From positions 1-64,000 of the forward strand of contig JBGSMV010000040.1 in NCBI GenBank assembly GCA_041739995.1: a stretch of DNA of 64,000 bases, in the 5' to 3' direction. This stretch comes from Bdellovibrionota bacterium. GTDB lineage: Bacteria; Bdellovibrionota_C; UBA2361; JBGSMV01. Position numbers and translations under genes: made by a program. Of the stretch, positions 10,763 to 21,256 are shown piece after piece. The number at the start of each line of letters is the position of its first letter. Position 1 is the stretch's first letter. Under the pieces are notes generated by a model, which saw only the letters and a program-made list of their open reading frames with translations, searched no databases and was not told the origin of the DNA.

Positions 10763-11146
10763 CTACTTTTCAGAGGAGGTTTTGCCAGAATTAGCACCCC
10801 CGGTTTGGCGCCTGAGTGCCGCCAACTTGACGCCCTTAATCCATTCCCCGGGAGAATTGGGGAGGGAAGGTATAGATTTACCCCCAGGGAGCGCCCCTTC
10901 TGAGGAAAGCTGTTGAACTTGCAGTTGATCTATCAGGCGCCTTACTTCGCCCTTCCGACCGGACGCCTTAGGCTTCGTCGAAGAGAGGGTAGTATCGGTA
11001 GTTGGGACAGAACTTGACCGAACGGCGTCACCAAGTGCCGCTTTTGCCTCTACAAATTCGAGAAAGGTTCCAGACGTCTTTTTTTGGCTAGATCGCTTGC
11101 CCGAAGAGTTGCTATTCGATGCGTTCATCAGTTCCCCCAATTTCAT
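10763..11146 (-). CDS. Hypothetical basic, Ser/Lys-rich protein
   Basis: Only sizeable ORF in the gap and co-oriented with neighbours; no recognisable domain. Confidence 0.45.
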   Translation of the reverse strand: MKLGELMNASNSNSSGKRSSQKKTSGTFLEFVEAKAALGDAVRSSSVPTTDTTLSSTKPKASGRKGEVRRLIDQLQVQQLSSEGALPGGKSIPSLPNSPGEWIKGVKLAALRRQTGGANSGKTSSEK

Positions 11147-11540
11147 TCACGATCGCACGAGGCTGCTCTCTATCCAGCAACGCCGCGAAGAGAGCGATAC
11201 ATACGCACGACTACTCCCCTAACTCGATCCCCATCGAGCTAAAGAATTTCGATGTCCCCTGACGAGACCAACTTACTAAGCAAACCCAGCAGAGCAGAGT
11301 AGTCCCTCAAAGAGTCCTAATCAAGCGAACCCCCACGGCAGTAACTCCACTACTTCAATGGGTTAGCCACCACGTAACATTGCGTAATCCGGCTCCGAAA
11401 GTCCATTCGCCGTTGAAATCCCGGAATTCAACGACTTATGAGAGCTCAACGGTATGCTCGATAATGCCTGAGAGGCCCAGACCCTGCTAAGAGGGCTGTT
11501 TATACGAAGTGCGCCGATACGGTGCTAAGAAAACCCAGGC

Positions 11541-13109
11541 TCATATGTCAGGCGAACGCGCCGTTTCTACAGGCACTCCTTCGGCATGCACAGAGATTTT
11601 GGGGAAAACATTGAAGCGCCGAAGCTCTTCGAACGATCGCGCCATCACCTTGTCGTATTCAAGAATCTCCGCGAGAGAGGAGGTCTCTATATTCGGTATG
11701 TTCTTTTCAAATTTGGCGCTTGACTCAACAGCCTTTGGGTCACCGTTCTTCTGATGGGAATGGGGAGCGCCCGGCGAGGAAGAAATAATTCCCGAGGGAT
11801 TATCGATTGCCCCCGGAAGATCTCCTTCTCGAACTCGCAATGGCACACGACGCGTTGAACGTTCCTCCTCCTCTTCTTCCGGCGGCTGATCCTCAATCTC
11901 AATATCTGGCTTTACTCCCTGTTGCTGAATGGAGTTGCCGCTCTTAGTGAAGTAGAGCGCTGTGGTAAGGGTCACCGCTCCACCATTTCCTAAAGGCGTA
12001 ATGGTTTGCACTGAGCCTTTACCAAAGGTCTGAGTGCCTACTACCAAAGCACGCCCATGATCCTTAAAAGCTCCCGCAATAATTTCTGCAGCGGAGGCTG
12101 ATCCACCGTTTACCATCACTACGATCGGATAATTCGGCTGCGTGCCTTTGGTATGCGCAAAGAACTTTTGCTGCTCAGTCTTGTCCCGTCCATCGGTGTA
12201 AACAATCACGCCCTCGTTGAGAAACAGATCACCGACAAGAATTGCCTGAGTCAACAAACCACCGGGGTTATTTCTCAAATCGAGCAACAGCCCTTTGAGC
12301 TGCTTTCCCGGAGCTTGCTCAGAAAGGCTAGTCAGCGCCTTTCGAAGATCATCAGAGGTCGTCTCCATGAACTGGCTGAGACGCACATATCCATAGCCAT
12401 CCTCAAGCAGGCGGCTTCTCACGCTACGTACCGTAATTCTGTCTCTTATGATCGTGTAGTCGAACAGATCAGTAGATCCTTTGCGATAAACCGAGATAGT
12501 TATGGGACTACCCTTTGGGCCACGCAAACGCTTAATTGCATCAACAAGAGAGAACTCTTTGGTGAACTTACCTTCAATCTTTACGATTGCATCACCTGCG
12601 CGAATTCCCACTTTCTCAGCGGGCGAACCTTCCATCGGTGCCACCACCAAGAGCAATCCGTCCCGAATGGTGATCTCGATACCAAGACCGCCGAACTCGC
12701 CTTTGGTCTGAACTTGAAGATCTTGATAGAAGTCAGGATCGAGATATCCGCTATGCGGATCTAGGGTCGAGAGCATGCCCTTGATAGCACCTTCCACAAG
12801 CAGCTTGCTGTCGATCTCCTTGACGTAATCGCTCTGCACAAGTGCGAGCACATCGGTGAACACCTTGAGCTGCTTGAACAGGTTGGTATCTTCCTTTTCA
12901 CGCGCACTGACCTCGCCAGTGCCGGACACCTGCAACACCAGCGTTACGGTAAGAACACAGGAGACCCACAACCAAAAATTTGCACGTTTGAACATAGCTC
13001 TAAGACCATTAGCGCTGGCGTCTCTAAGAAAGAGTCGTCCAGGCGAATTTAATGAAGCATCTCTAGTAGTTAAAGTTAGCAGCTTCCCTTTGCCACGGGC
13101 AATAGACAT
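11541..13109 (-). CDS. ctpA: S41 C-terminal processing protease
   Basis: LDPHS, PDZ GGLGIEI, LDLRNNPGG, SASAAEI (catalytic Ser), TFGKGSVQ (Lys). True start may be downstream of 13109. Confidence 0.95.
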   Translation of the reverse strand: MSIARGKGKLLTLTTRDASLNSPGRLFLRDASANGLRAMFKRANFWLWVSCVLTVTLVLQVSGTGEVSAREKEDTNLFKQLKVFTDVLALVQSDYVKEIDSKLLVEGAIKGMLSTLDPHSGYLDPDFYQDLQVQTKGEFGGLGIEITIRDGLLLVVAPMEGSPAEKVGIRAGDAIVKIEGKFTKEFSLVDAIKRLRGPKGSPITISVYRKGSTDLFDYTIIRDRITVRSVRSRLLEDGYGYVRLSQFMETTSDDLRKALTSLSEQAPGKQLKGLLLDLRNNPGGLLTQAILVGDLFLNEGVIVYTDGRDKTEQQKFFAHTKGTQPNYPIVVMVNGGSASAAEIIAGAFKDHGRALVVGTQTFGKGSVQTITPLGNGGAVTLTTALYFTKSGNSIQQQGVKPDIEIEDQPPEEEEEERSTRRVPLRVREGDLPGAIDNPSGIISSSPGAPHSHQKNGDPKAVESSAKFEKNIPNIETSSLAEILEYDKVMARSFEELRRFNVFPKISVHAEGVPVETARSPDI

Positions 13110-13120
13110 GCTCTCTCCCT

Positions 13121-14785
13121 TTAAAGATTAGGAAAGAACACTCGAGGATTCACCGGAGCGCCATTCTCTCGAATCTCGAAGTACAAATTACTCCCTCGAC
13201 GGTCGGTTTCTATCAGCTCAGCCACTGCTTGCCCTCGGTCCACCTCCTGCCCTGGGTCAACTAAAACAACCCCCAGGCGCCCATAAAGGCTATGCGACCG
13301 GTTCCCGTGATCGATCAGGACCACCTTCCCAAAACCTGGCAACTCACCAGAGAAGGTCACCCGTCCGGGAGCTATCGAATGGGCCTCTCGCTCATTCACC
13401 ACCGCCAATTCCACCCCGCGGCGAAAGATAATATCTTTGAACTCTTCGTGCCTCTGCTTGCCAAAGGCACGAATCACCGTCCCCTTAGCGGGCTGAGCCA
13501 GCTGTTTTCTCTGGGCTCGGATGCCCACTCCAGCATAGACCCCGCTGATTCGTCCGGAACGCCCTGCTCCAACAGCCTCAGAAGTCCACCCATTTGGCTT
13601 ATCGCCCGAGCTCTTCTCTTCAAAAATCTGGGGATCTTCGTTCAGCGGAACCTGCTCGGTCATGGAAGACCGTCCGACCACTCGACCCGCATCAGACTTC
13701 CAACCGCGCTGTGTTCTTCCTTGGGTCTTTCCTCGGGGTTCCCCCTCGGTTTCGCGCCGCTCAGAAATCGACATTGAGGCGCGTGCCACCTCTGAGACGC
13801 CTCCTTCTTGGTCCGCCTCTCCGGAAACTCCCCCCATCAAAGAAACCACGACGTTTTCTAGGCGGAGCGCCTCGGCTCGAAGCGCCACAAGCTGCGTCTC
13901 AATCTCATCTGTCTGCACATCAATATCTCGTCCAAGCCTTTCCTGCTCAACGCGCCTGGCATGAATCATCGCGCGACGACGTTCAAGCTCAGCCTTGACA
14001 GACTCAACCTGACGCACAGCCAGCTGGACTTCTCCTTGCAAACGAATCCGTTCTTCAACCGAGCGGCGAAGCTCCCCAAGGAGTTCGCGATCTGCCTGAC
14101 TAACTTTCGAAAAAAGGTAGGTTGCTTGACCGACAGTCAGCACGCTCGAACCTTGAGATTTTTGGCTACCGCCAGTTCCCGCTACATTATCAACTCTATT
14201 GTCAAAAAGGCCCGCCACGAGCTGTGCAGGGCGATAGATATAGAGCGCACGCAATCGTTCACGGCTGCGACGTTCCAGGGCCCGCTCCTCCTCTTCGGCG
14301 ACAAGCACCTCAACCTTCAGCTCTTCGACCCGGGCCAAATGTTCCTGGCGCTGCTTTTCAAGCGCCTGCTGCTCGGACTCAATCACACTAGTCTGCGAAC
14401 GCATGCGCTTAAGCTCACCGCCCACCGAAGCACGCTTCTCACGTAAGCTGACAAGTTTTTCCTCTTGCAACACCACCTGTCGATCAATGTCGTCAAGCCG
14501 TGCCGCGGGTTCCAAAACCAAAACCGAGGAGCTGTCATCATTGGCCTCTATGGCAGGCGATTCAAAATCTTCGGCAAACAGCACGGTTGAGAACAGTACC
14601 GTCGAGAACAGCGCGCTTGAGAAAACCAAGGCACCAATGGTGCGCAACGCGACGGGTGAAGTTAGGGCGCGTCTCTGCCACAGCTGGAGGCTCGGGGCCT
14701 GACAGCCTCCATCAAAGTAGGTTCGGTAGATTGGCTTGAAACCTTTCACGTCATATTTCCGCTGAAAATCGCCTGAGGGTGGCAC
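13121..14785 (-). CDS. envC: EnvC-like murein hydrolase activator (coiled coil plus degenerate M23 domain)
   Basis: Signal/TM segment, long coiled coil, C-terminal LIDHG...SLYGRL...LYFEIRENG.PVNP without the Zn-binding His residues; follows ftsEX. Start uncertain. Confidence 0.88.
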   Translation of the reverse strand: MPPSGDFQRKYDVKGFKPIYRTYFDGGCQAPSLQLWQRRALTSPVALRTIGALVFSSALFSTVLFSTVLFAEDFESPAIEANDDSSSVLVLEPAARLDDIDRQVVLQEEKLVSLREKRASVGGELKRMRSQTSVIESEQQALEKQRQEHLARVEELKVEVLVAEEEERALERRSRERLRALYIYRPAQLVAGLFDNRVDNVAGTGGSQKSQGSSVLTVGQATYLFSKVSQADRELLGELRRSVEERIRLQGEVQLAVRQVESVKAELERRRAMIHARRVEQERLGRDIDVQTDEIETQLVALRAEALRLENVVVSLMGGVSGEADQEGGVSEVARASMSISERRETEGEPRGKTQGRTQRGWKSDAGRVVGRSSMTEQVPLNEDPQIFEEKSSGDKPNGWTSEAVGAGRSGRISGVYAGVGIRAQRKQLAQPAKGTVIRAFGKQRHEEFKDIIFRRGVELAVVNEREAHSIAPGRVTFSGELPGFGKVVLIDHGNRSHSLYGRLGVVLVDPGQEVDRGQAVAELIETDRRGSNLYFEIRENGAPVNPRVFFPNL

Positions 14786-15800
14786 TACTGCCCGCCAAGC
14801 CGGTCAGCACACCAGCACTAATCACCGCAACACATACCCAGGGGGCGAGATCGAGACTGCCATCCCCAAGGACTCCCATCACACCTAGATCGCCAATGGC
14901 ACTGCGCAAGACCTGGTGCACCAACAAAAGCAGCCCTACTCCAAGCACTCCACCAAAGAGTCCTTGTAATACTGCACCAATCAAAAATGGCGCACAGACG
15001 TAGCGGTGTCGCGCTCCCACAAGCCGCATGACTTCAATCTCTTGTCGATGACGATGCAGTGCCAACCGCACGGTGCTCGCAATAATAAAGGCCACCATGC
15101 CAAAGAGTAGCGGCACTACAATCCACGCAATGCGAGACAAGGTACGCAGTAAGTCGGTGAGAACCGAAAACACTCCTCGGTCGAACAGCACTTCTTGTAC
15201 TCCCGCTGCCGCACGAATTTGGGTAGCAACCGCTTCGATAGTCTCAATGGCTTCAGGGGCAAACGAGATCTCAAAGGAAGCAGGAAGCGGATTGTTCTCC
15301 TCTAGACCCGCAAGCGCTCCGGCTTGTTCCCCTAATGCTGACTGAAAGCGCCTGAGTGCTTCGGTACGTGAGACAAACTCAACATTGGCAACCCCGGGCA
15401 AGGTACGAAGACGCAATCCAAACGAATTTCGAAACTCGTTCTGCTCAGGCTGAGAGTGCTCTGGATCAAGATACACACTGACCTGCAATGTTGCTCTCTG
15501 CATGCTCAGCAAGCCCCAGATATGATCGAGTACTGCGAGAGACAGCCCAAAGAGAGTAAGAACGAGCGCTATTGAAAGCGTCGTTAATAAAGCGTTAACC
15601 GGAGAAGAAAGCAGAGTTCTCAGCGCTTGAACAACATGCTGCACAGTTCGACCAAATGTCCCTCGCACGCTAGCGCTCTGGACATCATCCCAAAGCGCCG
15701 CAAGGCCCACCGTCCCCCGCTGAGGCATGCGCTGGCGCAGCTCTCCAAGGCGAAATTCGGCTGGTCGAGCCGATCCGGTTCGTAGCGCATCTCGTACCAT
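14751..15800 (-). CDS. ftsX: Cell division permease FtsX
   Basis: Four-TM layout, ENNPLPASF, EIEVMRLVGA...PF; downstream of ftsE. Confidence 0.92.
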   Translation of the reverse strand: MVRDALRTGSARPAEFRLGELRQRMPQRGTVGLAALWDDVQSASVRGTFGRTVQHVVQALRTLLSSPVNALLTTLSIALVLTLFGLSLAVLDHIWGLLSMQRATLQVSVYLDPEHSQPEQNEFRNSFGLRLRTLPGVANVEFVSRTEALRRFQSALGEQAGALAGLEENNPLPASFEISFAPEAIETIEAVATQIRAAAGVQEVLFDRGVFSVLTDLLRTLSRIAWIVVPLLFGMVAFIIASTVRLALHRHRQEIEVMRLVGARHRYVCAPFLIGAVLQGLFGGVLGVGLLLLVHQVLRSAIGDLGVMGVLGDGSLDLAPWVCVAVISAGVLTGLAGSSATLRRFSAEI

Positions 15801-15853
15801 CTATTCTCCTCGCGCCACTAAGCAGCGCCTGCCCTGTGTGAAGACATCACTGC

Positions 15854-16534
15854 TCACTGAACACCTCGCGGAGTTGAAAAATCGCCGAGAATTCCTCCGC
15901 GGTCTAGCACGATAGTGCGCAAATTCAGTTCCTCTATGACCCCAAGATTATGAGTGGCAACCACGACAGTAACCCCCGCAGCATTTGCTTCTAAAAGCAG
16001 GTCGAACACCTTAGCGCTCATTTCCGGATCAAGATTTCCAGTGGGCTCGTCCGCCAGTACCAATTTGGGTTTATGGATAAGGGCCCGCGCAATTGAAACT
16101 CTCTGCTGCTCACCACCGGAGAGCGTCGGCGGAGGCATATCGGCTCTATCCTCAAGCCCAATCGCTTTAAGTAAGCGCAAGGCGAGCGCGCGCCTTTGTT
16201 GACGAGGCACGCCCCTGACTTCGAGTGCGTAGGACACGTTATCCACGACACTCCGTTCGGGCAGTAACTTATAGTCCTGAAAAATAACTCCAATCTCACT
16301 ACGCAGCTCGGCGACGGCATCTCCATCCAGCGTGGACAAATTCCGGCCAGCAATCACCACCTCACCACTCGTTGGGCGCTCGGCGGCATAGAGCAGCTTT
16401 AGCAGTGTCGACTTGCCGGCTCCGCTGGCGCCCGCAATAAACAAAAAATCTCCTTCGCGAACTCGTAAGTCTACAGCTCGAAGAGCCGTTTGATCTGGGG
16501 GGTAATATTTTGTCACTTGCTGCAATGTGATCAT
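15854..16534 (-). CDS. ftsE: Cell division ATPase FtsE
   Basis: GASGAGKS, VIFQDYKLL, LSGGEQQRV, ADEPTGNLDP. Confidence 0.95.
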   Translation of the reverse strand: MITLQQVTKYYPPDQTALRAVDLRVREGDFLFIAGASGAGKSTLLKLLYAAERPTSGEVVIAGRNLSTLDGDAVAELRSEIGVIFQDYKLLPERSVVDNVSYALEVRGVPRQQRRALALRLLKAIGLEDRADMPPPTLSGGEQQRVSIARALIHKPKLVLADEPTGNLDPEMSAKVFDLLLEANAAGVTVVVATHNLGVIEELNLRTIVLDRGGILGDFSTPRGVQ

Positions 16535-17081
16535 GGAAGGAACTTCGCGTAAAAATGGAAGGAACTTCGCGCAAAAACGGTCTTGAAAGTTGCCTTACTC
16601 TATCTAGCCTAAAACAGCGGTATTCACGAGTAAGAATTCCCTAATTCATCGTGTGGGAGCAGGTTCAAAGGCCGAAAACTCGCAACACTTCGACCTCCCC
16701 GCTTACTCTCAGGCCACAGCCTGCCTATTCCAACACTTCCTTAGGTCCCCGAGCTGTCAACACCTTGCAGTTGCTGGTTTCATCTGCCCAAAATGAGCCA
16801 GAGAGTTTGCGGTAGTCCACAGGCAAAGGCCTCCTTGCGCGTACATCCAAGAGGGAGATCGTTTGGCAAGCCTTAGCTTGCGCTCTAAGTTGGAAGTTCA
16901 TTTAGATATGTTTCTCACTGCGCTCGCTGAACTCCTTGTGTAATTCATTAAATACATTCACAAAGAGATCCGCGAGCGCCGCGAGAACTATTCGTCGAGC
17001 GCTTAATTCAGGGCACTAGGAAGATAGCGAAAAGGTGCAGAAAGCGGTTCTTTCGGGATATCAAAACGTTACGATGGGGCT

Positions 17082-17753
17082 GTGTCAGCTCTCAGTGCCA
17101 CGGGACTCCAGAGATTGAGAAAAATGTCGAACAGAACAAGAGCATTGAGTACCCGTAGGCCGAGCTCTCTCAGCTCGAACTGCAGAGCGCTGTTTGTATG
17201 CATACTCGCGTCTCTCGCCCTCGCGGGCTGCAGCATTTCAATTGATGACGGGCCAGCAGAAGTGCTTTCCCTTGACCAGACAGTGGTTCCTCCGAACGTC
17301 GCATTCACAGAATCCTCCCAGTCGAAATCTGGGCCAATCTATAGAGTGACGAGCAAGGGCTCCATACCAGAGAATTCCACCCCTATCTTTGCCACCGCCC
17401 TAAAATCCTGCACCGTGGCTGAAGGTGAAGTGGTCAGCACCATTACGCGACGCCTCTTTGTAGGACTTGAGAAAATTCGAGTGTTCGTACGCGAACAAGA
17501 AGAGCTCGAAAGTACCGAATATTTATCCGCTCCAACGCTCCTTCTTGGATTACACGCCGAGCTGGATGACGCTCAGCTCACCATTTTCACCATAAGCTCG
17601 GTCGTCGATGGCTGCGCCGTTGATCTGGCCTTGTGGGCAGTGGGAGAGTTGTCCGAAACAAGCCCCACGCCACTGGCCCCGATCGCCCGGCAGATTCAAG
17701 CCGCAAGCATTGCTTCTGACGGGAAGTTCCTATGGGAGCTCGCCCGGCAGTGA
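17082..17753 (+). CDS. Hypothetical lipoprotein leading the mlaEFD genes
   Basis: Hydrophobic stretch and lipobox LAGC; likely start at ATG 17123 or later; overlaps the mlaE start. Confidence 0.65.
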   Translation: MSALSATGLQRLRKMSNRTRALSTRRPSSLSSNCRALFVCILASLALAGCSISIDDGPAEVLSLDQTVVPPNVAFTESSQSKSGPIYRVTSKGSIPENSTPIFATALKSCTVAEGEVVSTITRRLFVGLEKIRVFVREQEELESTEYLSAPTLLLGLHAELDDAQLTIFTISSVVDGCAVDLALWAVGELSETSPTPLAPIARQIQAASIASDGKFLWELARQ

Positions 17754-18580
17754 ACTCAGAAGAATCGACATCGCAAGGGACATCGCAAAGATCTCACAGT
17801 CTGCATCACTCCCCTGTGCTTGCTGCTCTCCGCCACGCCACAAGCGCCGCTGGATCGTACGTACTGCTTTTAAAAAGTGTCGTGGTCGATGTCTGCAGTC
17901 ACGGCATTCGCATCAATGACGTCGCGCGACACATCGTAAAAATTGGCACCATGTCCTTGCCAGTGGTGCTGCTTACCGCAGTGTTCACCGGCATGGTACT
18001 GGCACTCCAAACGGCCTACGGACTGCAACGCTTCGGTGCCAAAAACTACGTTGGTAACATTGTAAGCCTTTCAATTGTACGCGAACTTGGTCCAGTCCTC
18101 ACCGCACTCATGCTCTCAGGGCGAGTCGGCGCCGGCATCGCCGCCGAGATTGCCGCCATGGTGGTAACTGAGCAAGTTGACGCCATGCGAGCACTCGGAG
18201 CTAACCCGATTCGAAAGCTCGTTTCACCCAGAATCGTTGCAGCGATTATCGTGGTCCCTCTACTTACCGTCGTAGCCAACATCGTTGGAGTGTACGGTGG
18301 CGCACTCGTGGCTGTGTACCAACTCGACATCACTGCCTTCCAGTTCTACCAATCTATTGTGAATATGATTTGGTTTAAGGACGTCTTCGACGGGCTTATC
18401 AAGAGCGTGGTGTTCGGCATTATTGTGGTCAGCGTTGCCTGTCACAAAGGGCTGCAGGCACGCGGCGGCACGGAAGGTGTGGGCATTACGACCACTGCCG
18501 CAGTGGTGACCAGCTCAATTCTCATTCTCATCTCTGATTTCTTCGTGACTCAATTTCTGATTGCCCTGGCGAGGCTTTAA
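17732..18580 (+). CDS. mlaE: MlaE/YrbE family ABC permease
   Basis: VRELGPVLTALMLSGRVGAGIAAEIAAM..TEQVDAM and GGTEGVG..TT.AVV. Confidence 0.95.
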   Translation: MGARPAVNSEESTSQGTSQRSHSLHHSPVLAALRHATSAAGSYVLLLKSVVVDVCSHGIRINDVARHIVKIGTMSLPVVLLTAVFTGMVLALQTAYGLQRFGAKNYVGNIVSLSIVRELGPVLTALMLSGRVGAGIAAEIAAMVVTEQVDAMRALGANPIRKLVSPRIVAAIIVVPLLTVVANIVGVYGGALVAVYQLDITAFQFYQSIVNMIWFKDVFDGLIKSVVFGIIVVSVACHKGLQARGGTEGVGITTTAAVVTSSILILISDFFVTQFLIALARL

Positions 18581-19335
18581 TGGCGACCTCAGACTCACCA
18601 ATCATTCAGCTAGAACACATCAGAGTTCAGTTCGGTGATCTTGTGGTGCATAGAGACGTCAGTTTCTCTGTCCCCGAGGGTCAGGTAGTCACTATTCTAG
18701 GGCCGAGCGGCACCGGCAAGTCACTGCTGCTAAAGACCATCATTGGACTTCTTCGTCCAAACAGCGGCAATGTGCGCGTCTTCGGTGAAGAGCTCTGCGG
18801 GCTCTCCGAACTTGAGCTTCGAGAGATTCGCCAACAAATTGGCATGCTGTTTCAAGGCGCTGCACTTTTCGACTCTCTTAGCGTCCACGAGAACATCGCC
18901 TATTCACTGAGAGAGTTTGGTGAAAAGGACGAAGAAAAGATCAATTCGATCGTAATGGCACGACTAAAGGTAGTGGGGCTCGAACATGTAGCCCAAAAGC
19001 TTCCTCCTCAGCTCTCGGGCGGGCAAAAGAAACGGGTTGGTCTCGCACGAGCGCTCGCGAGTTCTCCTCGCATCGTGCTTTTCGATGAGCCGACCACCGG
19101 TCTCGATCCAACCTCGATTCGGCGCATCGATGACCTCATTCTGCAATTAAAGTCTGAGTACGGGATTACTTGTGTGGTAGTTACTCATGACATTGAGAGC
19201 GCAAAGCGCATATCGGATCGTTGGATTCTTATCAATGAAGGCGTGATCGTGGCCGAAGGGCCAAGTGACGAACTCTCCCGCACCAATCAGGACGTTATTC
19301 GATTTACGCAGGGGCAATGGCGAGAAGATGCTTGA
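18580..19335 (+). CDS. mlaF: MlaF family ABC ATPase
   Basis: GPSGTGKS, FQGAALFDSL, LSGGQKKRVGLARA, DEPTTGLDP. Confidence 0.95.
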   Translation: MATSDSPIIQLEHIRVQFGDLVVHRDVSFSVPEGQVVTILGPSGTGKSLLLKTIIGLLRPNSGNVRVFGEELCGLSELELREIRQQIGMLFQGAALFDSLSVHENIAYSLREFGEKDEEKINSIVMARLKVVGLEHVAQKLPPQLSGGQKKRVGLARALASSPRIVLFDEPTTGLDPTSIRRIDDLILQLKSEYGITCVVVTHDIESAKRISDRWILINEGVIVAEGPSDELSRTNQDVIRFTQGQWREDA

Positions 19336-19493
19336 AGATAGGCGCAGTGGGTATGGTGAGTTGCCGCTATTTTATCGTAGAATTCAAACGGACATAGACC
19401 ACTCGCCTCCGTTCGTAATGGACTATGAATACCACGCTATGAATACCACGCTATGAATTTGCACTATGAAGACAGCACGTTGGGCATCGCACT

Positions 19494-20606
19494 ATGAGCA
19501 CTGAGCACCGTTACGAAATGCAAGCTGGTATCTTTCTCATCATTACTCTCGTGCTGTTTGTGCTGAGTATCTACTTTCTGGGCCGCGACCGTCAGATATT
19601 CGAGAAACAGCTCGAATTCTTCACCGAGTTTAAAGACACCAAGGGCCTCAACGAAGGTGCGCCCGTGCGCTTAGGCGGCATCTCCATCGGTCGAGTAGCG
19701 AACATTAAATTCGGGGGCAATGAGGTTGACTCTAAGGTGAGAGTTGGCCTGCTCTTGAACGAGAGCTTTGTGTCTCGCATTCGGCATGACGCCATGGCGC
19801 TAATCGACACTCAAGGGCTACTTGGAGACAGATTTGTCTCGATTCGTGGTGGAACGGCTACTGCGGAACTTGCACCGGGCAGTCTGATTCGATCGAAAGA
19901 GAGCTCTGATGTCGGACAAGCCCTCGCCAGAGCGGGTTCTTTGGTCGACTCATCCGCTGAGATTGCTGAACGCGTAAACTCCCTCATCACTAAGCTTGAA
20001 GACAAGCCACTTATGGATCTCGAAAGCGTCCTCGCCAGCACCGCGTCTCTGCTTAACGAGGTCGAAAACGGTCAAGGCATGCTGCACCGCTTAGTGTATT
20101 CAAAGAAGGACGGCGACTCTGTAATGGGTAACCTAGAGGCCGCAGCAAAGGATGTTAGAGAGATTGTTCATGAGATGAAGAGCGGAGAAGGCCTGCTTCC
20201 GGCCCTGGTGTACGGTGAGGACGGCCAAGAGACTGTTCAGGCGTTAGGAGACGCCGCTCGAGCAATCGCCACTGCTTCAGGGGAAATCTCCGAAGTCACC
20301 GCTCAAATTCGCAACGGTAAGGGCCTCGTGAACCAACTGCTGTATGCAGAGAGTCCTGACGGCGTAGAGGATATCATTGCTTCACTCTCTCGTTCCGCCG
20401 CAAATCTAGAACAAGTGTCTCGATCTCTTTCGGAGGGCAGCGGAACTCTTGGCGCTCTGCTGATTGATTCAAAGCTCTATGACAACGTGGTTGAGATCAC
20501 TGACGACGCGAAACGCAGCTATATCCTGAGGCGCGCAATTCGAAAGTCTTTGGAAGCTGGCGGAGATGGAGAGAGGAATTCAGACTCAGAAGACGAGGTC
20601 GGTTAG
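19494..20606 (+). CDS. mlaD: MCE/MlaD family protein with a long helical C-terminus
   Basis: N-terminal TM, GL..GAPVRLGG..IGRV, TQGLLGDRFV, four GxGx(L/V)xxL repeats. Confidence 0.92.
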   Translation: MSTEHRYEMQAGIFLIITLVLFVLSIYFLGRDRQIFEKQLEFFTEFKDTKGLNEGAPVRLGGISIGRVANIKFGGNEVDSKVRVGLLLNESFVSRIRHDAMALIDTQGLLGDRFVSIRGGTATAELAPGSLIRSKESSDVGQALARAGSLVDSSAEIAERVNSLITKLEDKPLMDLESVLASTASLLNEVENGQGMLHRLVYSKKDGDSVMGNLEAAAKDVREIVHEMKSGEGLLPALVYGEDGQETVQALGDAARAIATASGEISEVTAQIRNGKGLVNQLLYAESPDGVEDIIASLSRSAANLEQVSRSLSEGSGTLGALLIDSKLYDNVVEITDDAKRSYILRRAIRKSLEAGGDGERNSDSEDEVG

Positions 20607-20685
20607 GGTAAGCACATCTCCCGTTTGCTCCGACTGACACCTGGACGCCCGCTCAGACTTGAATCTAATTTTCGCTATAGTTTCA

Positions 20686-21256
20686 TGGCGAAAGCTTCCG
20701 ATCGCCTGGCAAGCAATATTTTTTCCTGAGAACCCTCAGACGAATCCCGGAGACACGCCCACCGGTCAGCTGGCGCGAGAACCCGCAGCCTCTAATCACC
20801 ATGAGTGGTTAGCGGTTGATCGGTGCGAAGTCTTAGGGTGGCGCGTTCGTGTCCGCGGGAATTCTGAAAGGATCCGCTTCTGGCCCGCGCATCTGTGGAG
20901 ACTTCCTCGCATGGCTGGTGTCGGTACTAGTTGGGGGGCGATAGCACTTACCGCAGTTGGGTCTATCGAATCGTCGACGTTTCGCCTTTGCGGTGGCGGC
21001 TTGCTCCTTCTCTCGATCATTGGTTCGATGTAGCCTGGAGGCGATCGCTGAATCACGGACGAGGATGGAAAGCTTGGGCGAAGGCCACCTTCCATTCCCT
21101 CGGGCCATTCCCTCGTGCAGCTGTGCGGTTGTTTTGCCACCTTCCCCTCCTTCGGGCTGGGACTTGAAGGCAGTGCACTCAGCGCTACGGAGCCCCAGAC
21201 TTTGAGCTTTGCGAGAAGCGTTTCAAATCGACCGCTGACGCCTATCGTAGGTAGGA
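20686..21256 (+). ncRNA. Candidate large structured non-coding RNA, unassigned class
   Basis: Nested long-range complementarities, GNRA/UUCG tetraloops, an upstream -10 TATAGT (20676-20681) and no credible ORF; details in findings. Confidence 0.55.

Noticed and set aside
20897..21007. RNase P RNA-like words on the minus strand (GGAGCAAG, GCGGTAAG, GAGGAAGTC)
   Set aside because: They occur in the reverse of the RNase P order and the 3' ACAGAA.CCGGCTTA motif is absent.
20659..21205. Overlapping short ORFs in the candidate RNA region
   Set aside because: No RBS, no protein-like motifs, mutually overlapping on both strands.
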